Below, in pieces: positions 1 to 10,212 of a stretch of 64,000 nt of DNA (its first letter is position 1; each line of letters starts with the position of its first letter). The stretch spans positions 7,340,234-7,404,233 of the forward strand of contig OZ316894.1 of assembly GCA_973895155.1 (NCBI GenBank), in the 5' to 3' direction. A program made the translations under genes and the position numbers. The notes under the pieces were generated by a model. It saw nothing but the letters and a program-made list of their open reading frames with translations. It did not search any database and was not told the origin of the DNA. This DNA comes from Marsupella aquatica (Eukaryota; Plantae; Marchantiophyta).

Positions 1-3000
1 CTACTCCTGGCTCGGAAAATTCTGAAATTTTGCCAGTAGGTTTTCCTAGGTACAGGCTACACACTAAATAAGTTTCATAGCTTTTAAAGCTCTATAACAC
101 ATTTTGAAAAATAGGGAAAGATGCACTATTCTTAAAACTTAACTAAAAGACTTAGATTCTGCCTCAAGCTTGTTGTCGGATATCTTCTGGTTCGAGTAGC
201 TCCACGAGGGTAACAGTCCGAGCTTGAGTAACTTCCATCAGCTCAGCCTGGCGTGGGGATCCTCGAGAGTAGGGTAGGCATCTCAATTGCCTTTCAGGAT
301 ACATCAGGGGCATTCTTCTCCTTAGATAACATATGTCTATTCGAAGAGCTTCTCTATATATCCCAATCACGTCATAATTATTGCAAGTAGCAGCATATAC
401 TTGGGGATAATGGTATAGAAATTCATCAGAGTTCAGCATCCTGGAATAGAAAGGGTGAAGCCTCCATTTGACATCTCTGAAATACCGATTGAAGTTGGCC
501 AGAGTTTGAGAGGTGACATTGTTCCAGATTCTCTGTTTCTCAGCTAATGAACTGGTTGAAACAAGGGTAACCTTGGGCTCTCGAGGAAGGTAAGCGTTCT
601 GGGGAGAAGTAGATTTCTTACTCTGCATGAGAAAAGAAACCACAAAATCTAGGGCATAAGCTGCCAAATTTCCAAAATATGCCAGAACTAAATCTGAATC
701 CTCCACCTCCACATCTCCTTGAAGTAGCATCACAGCAAGAATGGGTCGGAAATAGAGAGAGTCAGTCCAGAACTCATCGAATTGTGCCATCTCCAGTCTG
801 GAAGTTCCAAAACACCTGAGGTCGAAGATATAACTGGCCTCTGTCTTCTTGAGATAGTAGTATTTCCAAAATTCTCCAACCGGTGGTCTGTTGGCCTGCA
901 TAATCTTACAGGTCTCCACATACCTGTGCACTTGGGACTCGGGATGTCTCGGGTATCTACTCTCGATGGTGGCATTCCGAGGTGTTTGAGTAGATGAAGT
1001 GACAACTGTTACTAAGTTTGGATTGGATCTTAAGGCAGTATCAACATCTTCAAATCCCTGCCTTGGGGATGACTCAAGAGAATTATCATAAGATCTATAA
1101 GTTTCACCATCTGAGGGTGGATCAGAGTCTTCAGGTAGATCTTCTCTGTCAAAAGGGTGCTCATATTGTGACCGATTATAGGTGGGTCCTTCTGTGGGTT
1201 CATAGTTGGAATCAGGGCTGTAAGGTTGTGAACCTGGGCTAGAAGTAGGACTAGCAGTTGGACATTGTTGGACCAAGTTGCGGACCACAGATGCTATCTG
1301 TCGAGGTTCACACTGTAGTAGTTCTAACAAGTCATCCACAATAGCCACACAGCTGATACTATCTGTTACTGGAATGGGCTCACTTGTTTCTAGGGGAGGG
1401 GGGTGTACAGTGACAGGAGTACAGATCACAAACTCCATTGGTGCTGGTTCTCTTGGGGGAGAGGTTATTCTGACAGGGCTTAGCTGATCATGAAATGGTG
1501 ATCCCAAACTAACAGCCTCCATTCTCAAATTATTAACAGCATCATATAGTCCATCATCACTACAACTGAGGAGAGATATCAACTTATCAATAAGCTGCTG
1601 ATTCGACTCTGCCTTCGAAGGAGTGGACCTGGTGGTCTCATGAGGAGCAGCATCAGTTGGTGTAGCATCATCGTCTTGTTGATGAATGCTCCTTACTTCT
1701 TCAGCTTCTAGTGGATCTGCATCCATAGTCCGGCTAGGGAAATTCTCATTACTTATTGATTGGCAAACAACTTCCCTGCTATGCATAGGAGAATGTGTAG
1801 GGATTTCTAATGAAGTATCCTCCATAGGAACATCAGCATTCTCCTCAACGTTCTGATCATTCGAATTCAATGGGGTGACATGTACAATGTCCTCTATAGG
1901 AATTTCTTCTTCAATACCCAAGTCAATCAGGAGTAACCCCCTCTCTGTCTCTTCCTCCAGATATAAACAGTCATGAGTATAATAGAGCTGAGAGAGATAA
2001 TTCTGTAAGCAAGTGGTCCTCCCTGCTTCCAAGCTCCTTACTTGATCCTTCATTACATTAAACAGAAGTAGGGCCCAATTTACTTTTATAGCTCCACTAT
2101 GAGCAGCTACAATGGTGTTAGCCAAGGCCACAGGACAGAGAGTTGGCTTTTTTGGATGAAGAATGGGTACCAGAAATTCCATGAGCACTCTCAATTCAGG
2201 ATAAGTACACTGGGACAAGTTCCAACCATTCTTGGCATTTCGAGTTCCTGAGAAGTATGGAGCAGATAAGTCCTGCTTCTTGGAATATAACGCCTCTCCT
2301 TCTGACGGGCATCCAAAGGTGTAAGCAATTTGCTCAACAGTCCACAGGCTGGGGTGAGCTCGAATCGTTTGCCTGAATTCAATCGGGATGATAGTCCCCT
2401 TCACAAAATCCTGCAAGTAGGAGTCGAGCTCGACATTCCAGGGGATCCTGAGCAAGCGCTCCAATCCTAAGTGCTGTAAAGAGTCTTGTAAATTAGAAAG
2501 ACTATCAGGCGCTCGTGGTATGCGAGCTGCCACTACTTTTGAGACTGCTAGAGCTTCAGTTTGATACTGTTCCTCAGCACCCAGGTTCGCCATAGCTACA
2601 ACAGTGATTTGCTTGCTGCGAAGGTTGCTTTTGAAGAGAAAGAGCAAGTGAATAGGGGTGGTGAAAATACAGGAGTGAGCGCCTGAACTCTGTGCTTGAT
2701 TCCTATCAAGGTATGAAGTCCCCAATCTGTTTCTAAGTCCCGTTGCGAAGTTAGCCGTAGCGCCGTAACGTGAACTTTCCTTAAACGCGTAAGGCGTAAG
2801 CCGTAATCCCGTATTGGCGTAAACTCTTAACAGCGTAAACCCGTAAACCCATAACAACGTAAACCCGTAACGCTCTTACGCGTAAATGCGTAATCCCGTT
2901 ATAAAGTATACCCGTAGTTTACACTTGGCATTTTAACAACAACAGCAGGCTTAAATACTGTAAAAAGTTTAAATTTTTCAGTAATTTCAGGTTTTCGGTA

Positions 3001-3016
3001 TTACGCAATACTCACA
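1..3016 (-). mobile_element. Family E, copy 1: ORF-carrying TG-terminated solo-LTR-like element inserted in the CACTA transposase; runs off the left edge
   Basis: Minus-strand start TGTGAGTATTGCGTAATACCGAAAA (3016) matches the start of the complete copy at 47228 (TGTAAGTAGTGGGTAATTCCAAAA). Sequence 1-163 matches 50785-50950. CACTA coding sequence resumes at 3017 (flank GTAGA). Confidence 0.8.
164..2593 (-). CDS. ~809-aa family-E protein: N-terminal plant-transposon-ORF-like domain, acidic/Pro-Ser-rich linker, conserved C-terminal domain
   Basis: Uninterrupted ORF. ATG at 2593 (MANLGAEE) chosen because the paralog starts MAGLGADE at 47653. Strong protein similarity to 47653-50784. Confidence 0.75.
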   Translation of the reverse strand: MANLGAEEQYQTEALAVSKVVAARIPRAPDSLSNLQDSLQHLGLERLLRIPWNVELDSYLQDFVKGTIIPIEFRQTIRAHPSLWTVEQIAYTFGCPSEGEALYSKKQDLSAPYFSGTRNAKNGWNLSQCTYPELRVLMEFLVPILHPKKPTLCPVALANTIVAAHSGAIKVNWALLLFNVMKDQVRSLEAGRTTCLQNYLSQLYYTHDCLYLEEETERGLLLIDLGIEEEIPIEDIVHVTPLNSNDQNVEENADVPMEDTSLEIPTHSPMHSREVVCQSISNENFPSRTMDADPLEAEEVRSIHQQDDDATPTDAAPHETTRSTPSKAESNQQLIDKLISLLSCSDDGLYDAVNNLRMEAVSLGSPFHDQLSPVRITSPPREPAPMEFVICTPVTVHPPPLETSEPIPVTDSISCVAIVDDLLELLQCEPRQIASVVRNLVQQCPTASPTSSPGSQPYSPDSNYEPTEGPTYNRSQYEHPFDREDLPEDSDPPSDGETYRSYDNSLESSPRQGFEDVDTALRSNPNLVTVVTSSTQTPRNATIESRYPRHPESQVHRYVETCKIMQANRPPVGEFWKYYYLKKTEASYIFDLRCFGTSRLEMAQFDEFWTDSLYFRPILAVMLLQGDVEVEDSDLVLAYFGNLAAYALDFVVSFLMQSKKSTSPQNAYLPREPKVTLVSTSSLAEKQRIWNNVTSQTLANFNRYFRDVKWRLHPFYSRMLNSDEFLYHYPQVYAATCNNYDVIGIYREALRIDICYLRRRMPLMYPERQLRCLPYSRGSPRQAELMEVTQARTVTLVELLEPEDIRQQA

Positions 3017-3413
3017 GTAGACTCTCCTGCCAATCGATTTGTAGAGGGCAGATGGGGTGAGTTCAAAACTGGCCCGCGACATGTTCGACTTGGCTTGGCA
3101 GTAGATGGTATCAGTCCTTTTGCATTAGCAGGTAAAGCTAAGCCATATTCAGTATGGCCTGTAGTTCTCACAAATTACAATATCCCTCCATGGATGGCCA
3201 TGAAGAAAGGTCATCTACTACTCTCAATGATCATCCCTGGTCCTAAGCAAGTAAAAAAGATTGATATTTACTTGCAACCCTTGATTGATGAGCTTTTGAA
3301 ACTTTGGAGAGCGGTGGATTGTTATGACGGACGTGACAACACTGGAGGTTTATCCCTCAAATTTACCACGAAGGCCATTCTTATGTGGACCATGCATGAT
3401 TTGCCAGGTAGGG

Positions 3414-6400
3414 TGTCACGTCGTAGGCTTCGGCCTTAACTCAGACTTCAGCTTAGACGGGCACATCCCTCGTAAATCTGAGGGTTCGGGCAGGAAGGGA
3501 AGCACGTAATGCACCTTATTCTCGTAAACTAGCGCTAAGTGCGCATACTGCTAAATACGGACACCTCCTAGGTATGGTTTGTGTTCCGCCGCCGGAACGT
3601 ACCTTAGTCGATAGCAGGATCGACCCCGGCTTAAGGGCTTCTAAGCCTTCGTGCTGTCCGCCTTCGATCCGGATTCGATGATACAGGTCCTCAACCCGTG
3701 CTCGCAACCACTTACCCGCAGGCTGCACCCTGTGCACGTCTCGGGTAGTGCGTTCGGCCTGGCGCTGCCACCCATATACGAGAAACCCACACACATATGC
3801 GCACACATGCATACAATCTTGATTTACACGAAGGAAAATGATGGGAAAGGATTTTACTACAAAGGGAACATATGCGCACACTTAGTTGACACGACAGCCC
3901 TGGAATGCACAGGTTCAAGGCCGAGGGTGCACACTACAACGGAGCCCGGCTCCGCACTCGCCCGACGAGCTTAGTCCTACCCCCTCCCCTTGGTACTCTG
4001 TCATTCCCAGAGGTCGGGACTCCCCGCATGTCCCGCGGATGTCCGACTCTGAAACTAAAAACCCCCCTGCCTCTACCGAGGGGTGCACTAAATACTAAGA
4101 GCCGAGGAACGGGGTGTCCTCACGTCAAAGATTCGCTGACTAAGGTCCTAACTAAGCTGACAGTCAGGCCGGAAAACGGCTGTGTCTTATTAGAAGATCC
4201 TAATCTACGCAGGCTGGACAGCAGGGCAGCGCTGCTGTACCTAAGGCAGGTGCCTGTCCCAAGAGCCTGACTAAGCCAATCCTAATCCTAATCTATTCCT
4301 ACTCCACCGCTAATGCCTGGCACGCTTGCCAGAGCCGCCCGAATGGGAACGGCCATCCCGCTGCCTTTGAAGCCTGTCATTGTCCGCTTTGAGGAGCTGG
4401 ACCTGGTCCAGCAGAGATTCGTTCTCTCGCCTCGCCGCGTCCGTCTCCTCTGCTGCCTCCTAACATGCCTCCTCCAGCTGCTGGGCGTCGCTCGTCAGTT
4501 TACTCGCCAGCTGGTCCTGCTTCTCGGCCTCGGTTTGGAGCCGCGCCATCTCGGCCTGCAGCGTGGCTATCTCCGTCGCGTCCCACTGGGCTCGCTCCTC
4601 GGCCTCCTCCAGGTCTTTCTGCCAGGTGACAGCTTGTTTCTTCAAACTGTCAATCTGGTTCCGGAGTCGCGTAATCTCGGCCTCGTTCCCAGCTTTGGCC
4701 TGTTCGGCTAGGGCGGTAAGAGCGTACGCCTTTGCTAACAACTCATTGGCGGCTGCAACCTTGGGTCGTAGTTGCAGAAGCTCAGCCTCTTGAGCCGCCA
4801 CTTCGTTCTTTAGGTACACGGACTCCACCCGGTACCGCTCTATCCTCTGAAGGGCCTCCGACTGGGCCCGACCTGCCTTTACGGCGGCAACCAACTCCTG
4901 ATTGAAGAAACAGGCTACCTTCCGGGCCATGAACTCCCCGGTATCCCGGGAAATTTGATGAGAGAAATCTCCCAAAAGCCCGTTCAGAAACATACCCTGT
5001 ACGAAGAGTTCCGGGTGGTCCAAGTTGTGCCTGTCCGGATTTCGGCACGGGCAGACATCAACACGCGCAGGGGCCGGGGCAGTGACGTCCAGCCCTGGGG
5101 ACATAACGTTGGAAGGGGCTGGAGTGTCCTCCTGCAGCGATGTCCGGTTCTCCGGAATTGCCACCGGCGGGTCCTTGGGAGACCCTCGTTCGGGTAAGAC
5201 CTCTGCCGTACCAACTTTTGTGCTTAGCCCGGCTAGTTGGGTCGCATCAACGGTTGCGACGACCGACCCCTCCGGCGCCTCCTCGGTTACGATTACAGCT
5301 ATTTGTGGAGGTGGGGTGGGTGAAGCTGGCGTGTCCACTGGACTTCGGGCCTCGGGTTGGGACCGTCTCTCCAATGCCGGAAAAACCCACCTAGCTGGGA
5401 CCAGCTTTGTAACGTTGATGCGGGGAAGGGTTCGTCGATCAAACCGGGCGTACCACTCAAGAATGATTTCGATATGGCTAGCGAAATATGCCTTCCCGCC
5501 AATGTACAGCGTCTTCCTTCGCCGCTCCATCTCTTCATGGAATTTCTTAGCGAAGTACGACGCCCATTTCCTAGGTCGATAGTTCTCGACCTGGATAACC
5601 TGGGCGGCGGAGATCTCCCCCCGGGGTTCCATCATGTGGAGAGCGTACCTCTGGAACTCCAGCCGCTCAACTATCTCGGGCATGAGGCAGGTCCTCATCA
5701 CGAACCCGTTGTCTACTGATCCCTCTGAGGGAAAACTTGAAGATTGGTACTTGGCCCCCTTGCCCCCGGGAGCCCGTGATTCGACTCGATGGTCACCTTC
5801 GGGTAACCCGAAGATCATCTTGAGCCGTTCTTCTGTGAGGGACATATTCCTTCCCCGCAGCCGAGTCTGTTGACGTACGTCATCATAATTCTTGACGAAT
5901 TCTGTCATGTCCTCCCCGTAGTACCTGCAAGTGTTCCAGGGGAGAGAGGTGAGGTGCTCAAATCCCTGAGTCTTCAGGTACACCGCATGCTTGGGATGGA
6001 GGATGTTGCTATGAACGTTTTCCCCCATGCGATGCATCGTCACCTTGGCTACGGCTACCGTGGCCAACGGTAACCCGGATGCAGTGGCGGATTCCTTCCT
6101 CTTCTTTCCCCGTGACTGACTCGGGGAAGGTGATACTTCCCCATCCTCCCGATCGGGCCTGGGGAGTGCCACTGCGGTTGGTAACGGGCCCGCGGCGGCC
6201 ACGGTCACTATGTTGTCTGCTGGGGCCGCTCCTGGGGTCAGAGCAGGGGGTGGGGACGATATAGTGTCGGCCCCCCGAGCGCTTGTTCCTCTGGGCCGCC
6301 TGGTCAAGGGTGGGGTAGCCTCGTCGTCATCGCTAAGATCCACAGCGTTGATGACGGAGCGTACCTGTGCTGGCTGGGTGATAGGTGGTGGGGTTTGGCT

Positions 6401-7424
6401 AGGCTGCGGCTGAGGCTGAAGCTGAAGCTGAGGTTGAGGCTGGGGTTGCATGGGCACGGGTACGGGTACGGGCCCGGCTGAGTTGGTCATGTTGGTTGAT
6501 GGCTGAGTTCCCATGAAGCTCTGCAGGTGCTGGTAGAAGTTCTCCGAAGCGAGTGCGGACGCCCTTGTCGAACGGTTGGTACTGGACTCGCCGTTAATGA
6601 CAGCCCGAACCTGGGCAGGGATGTGGTCGAAGTGATGTCGCTGCAGGTCGATTGTACCCGGGATATTGAAGACCTCGTCCGGAAGCCGAAGCAATGCTTC
6701 CCAGAACCCGATATATTTGTCTCCATTGAAGAAGTACCCAGATACCTCAGCTGGTCGGTAAAGCTCGCTCTGAGACGGGTAGTCAAAGTTAAGGACGTAG
6801 TGGTGTCGTCCTGCTAGGCGGATGGCTCTCTCGTATTCGCGTTCGATCTCGTATCGGCGCGGGTTGGCGTGTTTCAATGAATCGGCCAAGTGCCTTCCGA
6901 TAGATAGGAACTACGTCCAGAATCGAATGGCCGAGCTGGAGAGGATCGTGTGCGACATTCAGAGGAGATAGTAGTGGCGACCTAGAGAGAACGAGAGAGC
7001 TGGGGTCGAAGCTGGCGCGCGGACTGATGGACTGGTGCACTACAAAGGGTTGGCTCCCCTTTTATACTTTGAGGGCTTGTCGATCCCCGACGTCTCCTCG
7101 ACGCCCATAGGTTGAACCGCTCACGCTTGTGGTGTACCGGCCACTCCGCCGGTCTGAGTCAGCGTGCGTCAGTGGCCGCTTCCTTAAGTTCGTTATACGG
7201 ACCCGAGGGAGGGGCTCCTCCACGCTCGTAACCCGGGTGTGCGAATAGCGACCCGCCGCCAGCCCGAACCTGAAGTCCCTCTTATTGCCTAATGATGTCC
7301 TACCCCTAATGATTACCTAAATATTGTCGTTATGCTAATAATAGCGGCCTAAGACCCACCTAACGCGCATGCCGAGCGCAGTTAGACTGAATCACTCATT
7401 AACCGCCGTACCGGCGGCGTCACA
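3414..7424 (-). mobile_element. Family A: 4011-bp solo-LTR-like element with an internal long ORF, inserted in the CACTA intron
   Basis: Termini TGTCACG...CGTCACA with perfect 5-bp TSD TAGGG (3409-3413, 7425-7429). No terminal direct repeats and no gag/pol motifs seen. Confidence 0.88.
4310..6889 (-). pseudogene. Family-A protein (>=809 aa): plant-transposon-ORF-like central domain, Pro/Gln-rich linkers, C-terminal coiled coil; one premature TAG at 4460
   Basis: 809-aa ORF whose frame reads on past the TAG to a stop at 4310. TATAAAAGGG on the minus strand near 7060. Central block FEHLTSLPWN..EFV..IFGLPEG..NGF resembles families C and E. Confidence 0.7.
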
Positions 7425-9689
7425 TAGGGTATTAAACCCTTATTTCCATTGCTATCTATTTACACCATGCTTATTAATTAATTTTTTTTGGTTGTAATTT
7501 GTATCATTTAACTTATTTTCATTGGCTGGTTGTGTATTGATCAAGCGCAGGGTTTGGATATATCTTTGGATTGCAAACATCAGGCTATAGAGCTTGCCCT
7601 TCGTGCGGACCAGATTTGGAGGGTGTGGCAAGACGCAAGTCAAGTACTTTGCGTAAGATAGTTTACATTGGCCATACCAAATATCTTCCAGAAGACCATC
7701 CTTGGAGGAGTGATCATTTCTTGTATGATAGTGAAGATGGCCAACCCGATACTCGTCCTCAACCTCAGCGAAAGGGTCCAACATATTGGAGAGAGGTATG
7801 GGAAAGAGTTCAAGACCCAGATGATCCATTACAAATTCTCCGATGTGGCATGACCCGTTTGTCTGCATTGTCACAATTGCCATATTGGTCAGAGTTGCCC
7901 ATTAATCACTTGTTAGATCCGATGCACATTGAGGGGAATGTGGGCAGATCATTGATTCGTCATCTATATGGGGAAAAGAACCACAATTGGAGAGAAAGTT
8001 GTGAGGAGATGGGGATGCATGGTCTTCTTGGTTTTTGGCCATCTTTGGACCCCCCTGGTGACCCCCCAACATCCATCCTCCTTGGGTTTTGAGTAGGGCA
8101 GAGCGCACTGAGTTTCGCAGACGTATTGGGTCAATGAGGTTTCCCACAGGTTATGGCGCAAATCTCCGAAAAGCATTTGGGGGGGATGATTCTCCAAAAT
8201 GGCCATCTTACTTGAAAACACATGATTATCATCGGTTACTAGAACATGTCATTCTAGTTGCGATTATTGGATTGGGTAGTGAGGAACTTCGTGATGCCCT
8301 TTGGTCATTGGGAAAGCTTTTGAGATGGGTATGTCGGAAGGAGGTACAGGAGGATGAAACTTCTGCAATGGAGACATTTGGAGTAGAGGTTGTGTGCAAG
8401 TTGGAGAAGGCACTCCCTCCCTCATTTTTTGATGGTCAGGTTCATTTTCTCATACATTTAGTGCGTGAGGTTGCAATTGCAGGCCCAGTGCATTGTCGAT
8501 GGATGTATTGGGTAGAGCGTTATATGGGAGTGATGAAATCGTATGTCTCTAATCGCGCTAGCGTGGAAGGTAGCATTGCAGAGCATCATCTTGGAGCAGA
8601 GAGTATGTTTTATTGTACAAACATAGTTGCCACACTAGATCCAAATGCTCCTAGGGGATGGATAGATGAGGCGGCACGAGAGGCGGGCTACGAGGATGAT
8701 AGACTCACTGGGGCATCAAAAGAGCGTCTCTTAAGCTCAGCGGAGCGTTTGCAACTCACAATATTTATGTTGTACAACTCACCAGAGGTTGTAGGGGAGT
8801 GGACATCGTTTTATGAGGAGAAGCAAAATAGTCGACGACCATGGATATTTCCTAAGTTTCACCCATACATGAAGTCAAAGTTGTTAGAAGTGGATGCCTT
8901 GGTGGGTACAAGGGAGAGTGTATTGCATTATCCAAAGGTGACTGATAAGCTTCGTACCCTTGTTCATGGTCCACTACTTATAGTCACAACTCGGACTGCC
9001 ATGTGGTCCAAGGGAAGACACTTTCGTGTGGAACGACTTGATGAGAAGAGGGCAGCTACACAAGATTGTGGGGTCATGGGTTGGTTCACCCAGGATTCAC
9101 AGAGCAGCACATCGGATAGGAATCCCATTCGGTCCACTATCGCTCATTATGGAAAGATTGAGGAGATCCTAATTGTGAAGTACCATGCACATACTACTTT
9201 GGAAGAAGTGGTATTGAAGTGCAAATGGTTCAAGATGAATCTTGTGGGCCACAATCGTACACGTGAAGATGATGCATGCGGATTTACTCGGTTGAAGACA
9301 AGTGTTATCAGCTCAAATTGGAGGTCTTCAGATCCGTTTGCATTCCCACATCACCTTGAGCAATGTTTTTACCTACCTTATCCGGATGACTCAAATTGGT
9401 CTATTGTGATGCCATATATCCCTCGATCACGATCCATAGTCCAGGATAGACCCAACGTAGTTGTAGTGGAAGATGATGACATCCCCTCCACCACTTAGCT
9501 AGTAAGTAGCAACTATAGCTAGCCCCCTACCATATTTGTGTTTATTTTCCCGACATTATATATTTCTCGGCACTATATTTGTTTCGCAATGTCCACTCTT
9601 GCATAAAACATATTCCATAAAGTATCTCTAATACTTCTCTCAACCCCACTCAACTAAGAACCTCAAGATAACCAGTGTCCAATGGTCTA

Positions 9690-10200
9690 TCCGATGAAAC
9701 TTGCATCGGATATGCATCGGAGCACAAAAGGCTCAATCGCAGCAATTGTCCGATATCGCAACTATCGGAATACTCACATCCGATATTGGACACATCGGAC
9801 CCCTCGTCCAATGTTCCAACAAAGGGGTCCGATATTGACCGCTTCAAAAATGTTTCCGATTCTTTACCTTACGCAATTTATGTCCGTAGTATTCTATTAC
9901 GAAAACCATGTCCATTTTAATAAACATCGGAAAACATCCGATGTTGTCTCTAACGCACATTGTATCCGATAACTTGAAGATCGGACCCTTGACAATACTT
10001 TTCCGGTCAAATGTCCGATTCATTTAGTTTTGGAAATGTTCCGATGTAACCGATATGGGATATTGGTTGCGTTAGGGAACACATCGGACTAACTGAATCC
10101 GATGAGGTGCACATCGGACATTACGAAGGTATTTGTATCGGACAATGTCCGATACTCTCGGGTTCGGACATCACAAAATAGTCGCATTTTGAGTATCGGA
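9690..10200. repeat. Array of spaced palindromes TCCGAT-N9-ATCGGA
   Basis: Copies start near 9690, 9749, 9779, 9965, 10098 and 10148 (variant), plus half sites. The array ends 12 nt before the ATG at 10213. Confidence 0.85.
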
Positions 10201-10212
10201 AAGTCGTCAAAA

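Larger units (their letters stand above)
3017..9498 (+). pseudogene. CACTA/En-Spm TNP2-like transposase (Transposase_21, DUF4218 and DUF4216 regions), 5' part outside window; intron 3408-7550; frameshift near 8030-8090
   Basis: Motifs PRHVRLGLAVDGISPF, YSVWPVVLTNYNIPPW, TMHDLPG|FGYIFGLQTSGYRACPSC (joined by GT-AG splice), LDPMHIEGNV, KTHDYH, FFDGQVHFLIHL, WMYWVER, LKCKWF. Confidence 0.93.

Noticed and set aside
2594-2857. 88-aa N-terminal extension of the 897-aa ORF
   Set aside because: Non-ATG start in a CGTAA-repeat region; the paralog supports the ATG at 2593.
4313-6817. Many short plus-strand ORFs (and minus-strand ORFs at 56.9-59.5 kb)
   Set aside because: Antisense shadows of GC-rich long ORFs with no motifs.
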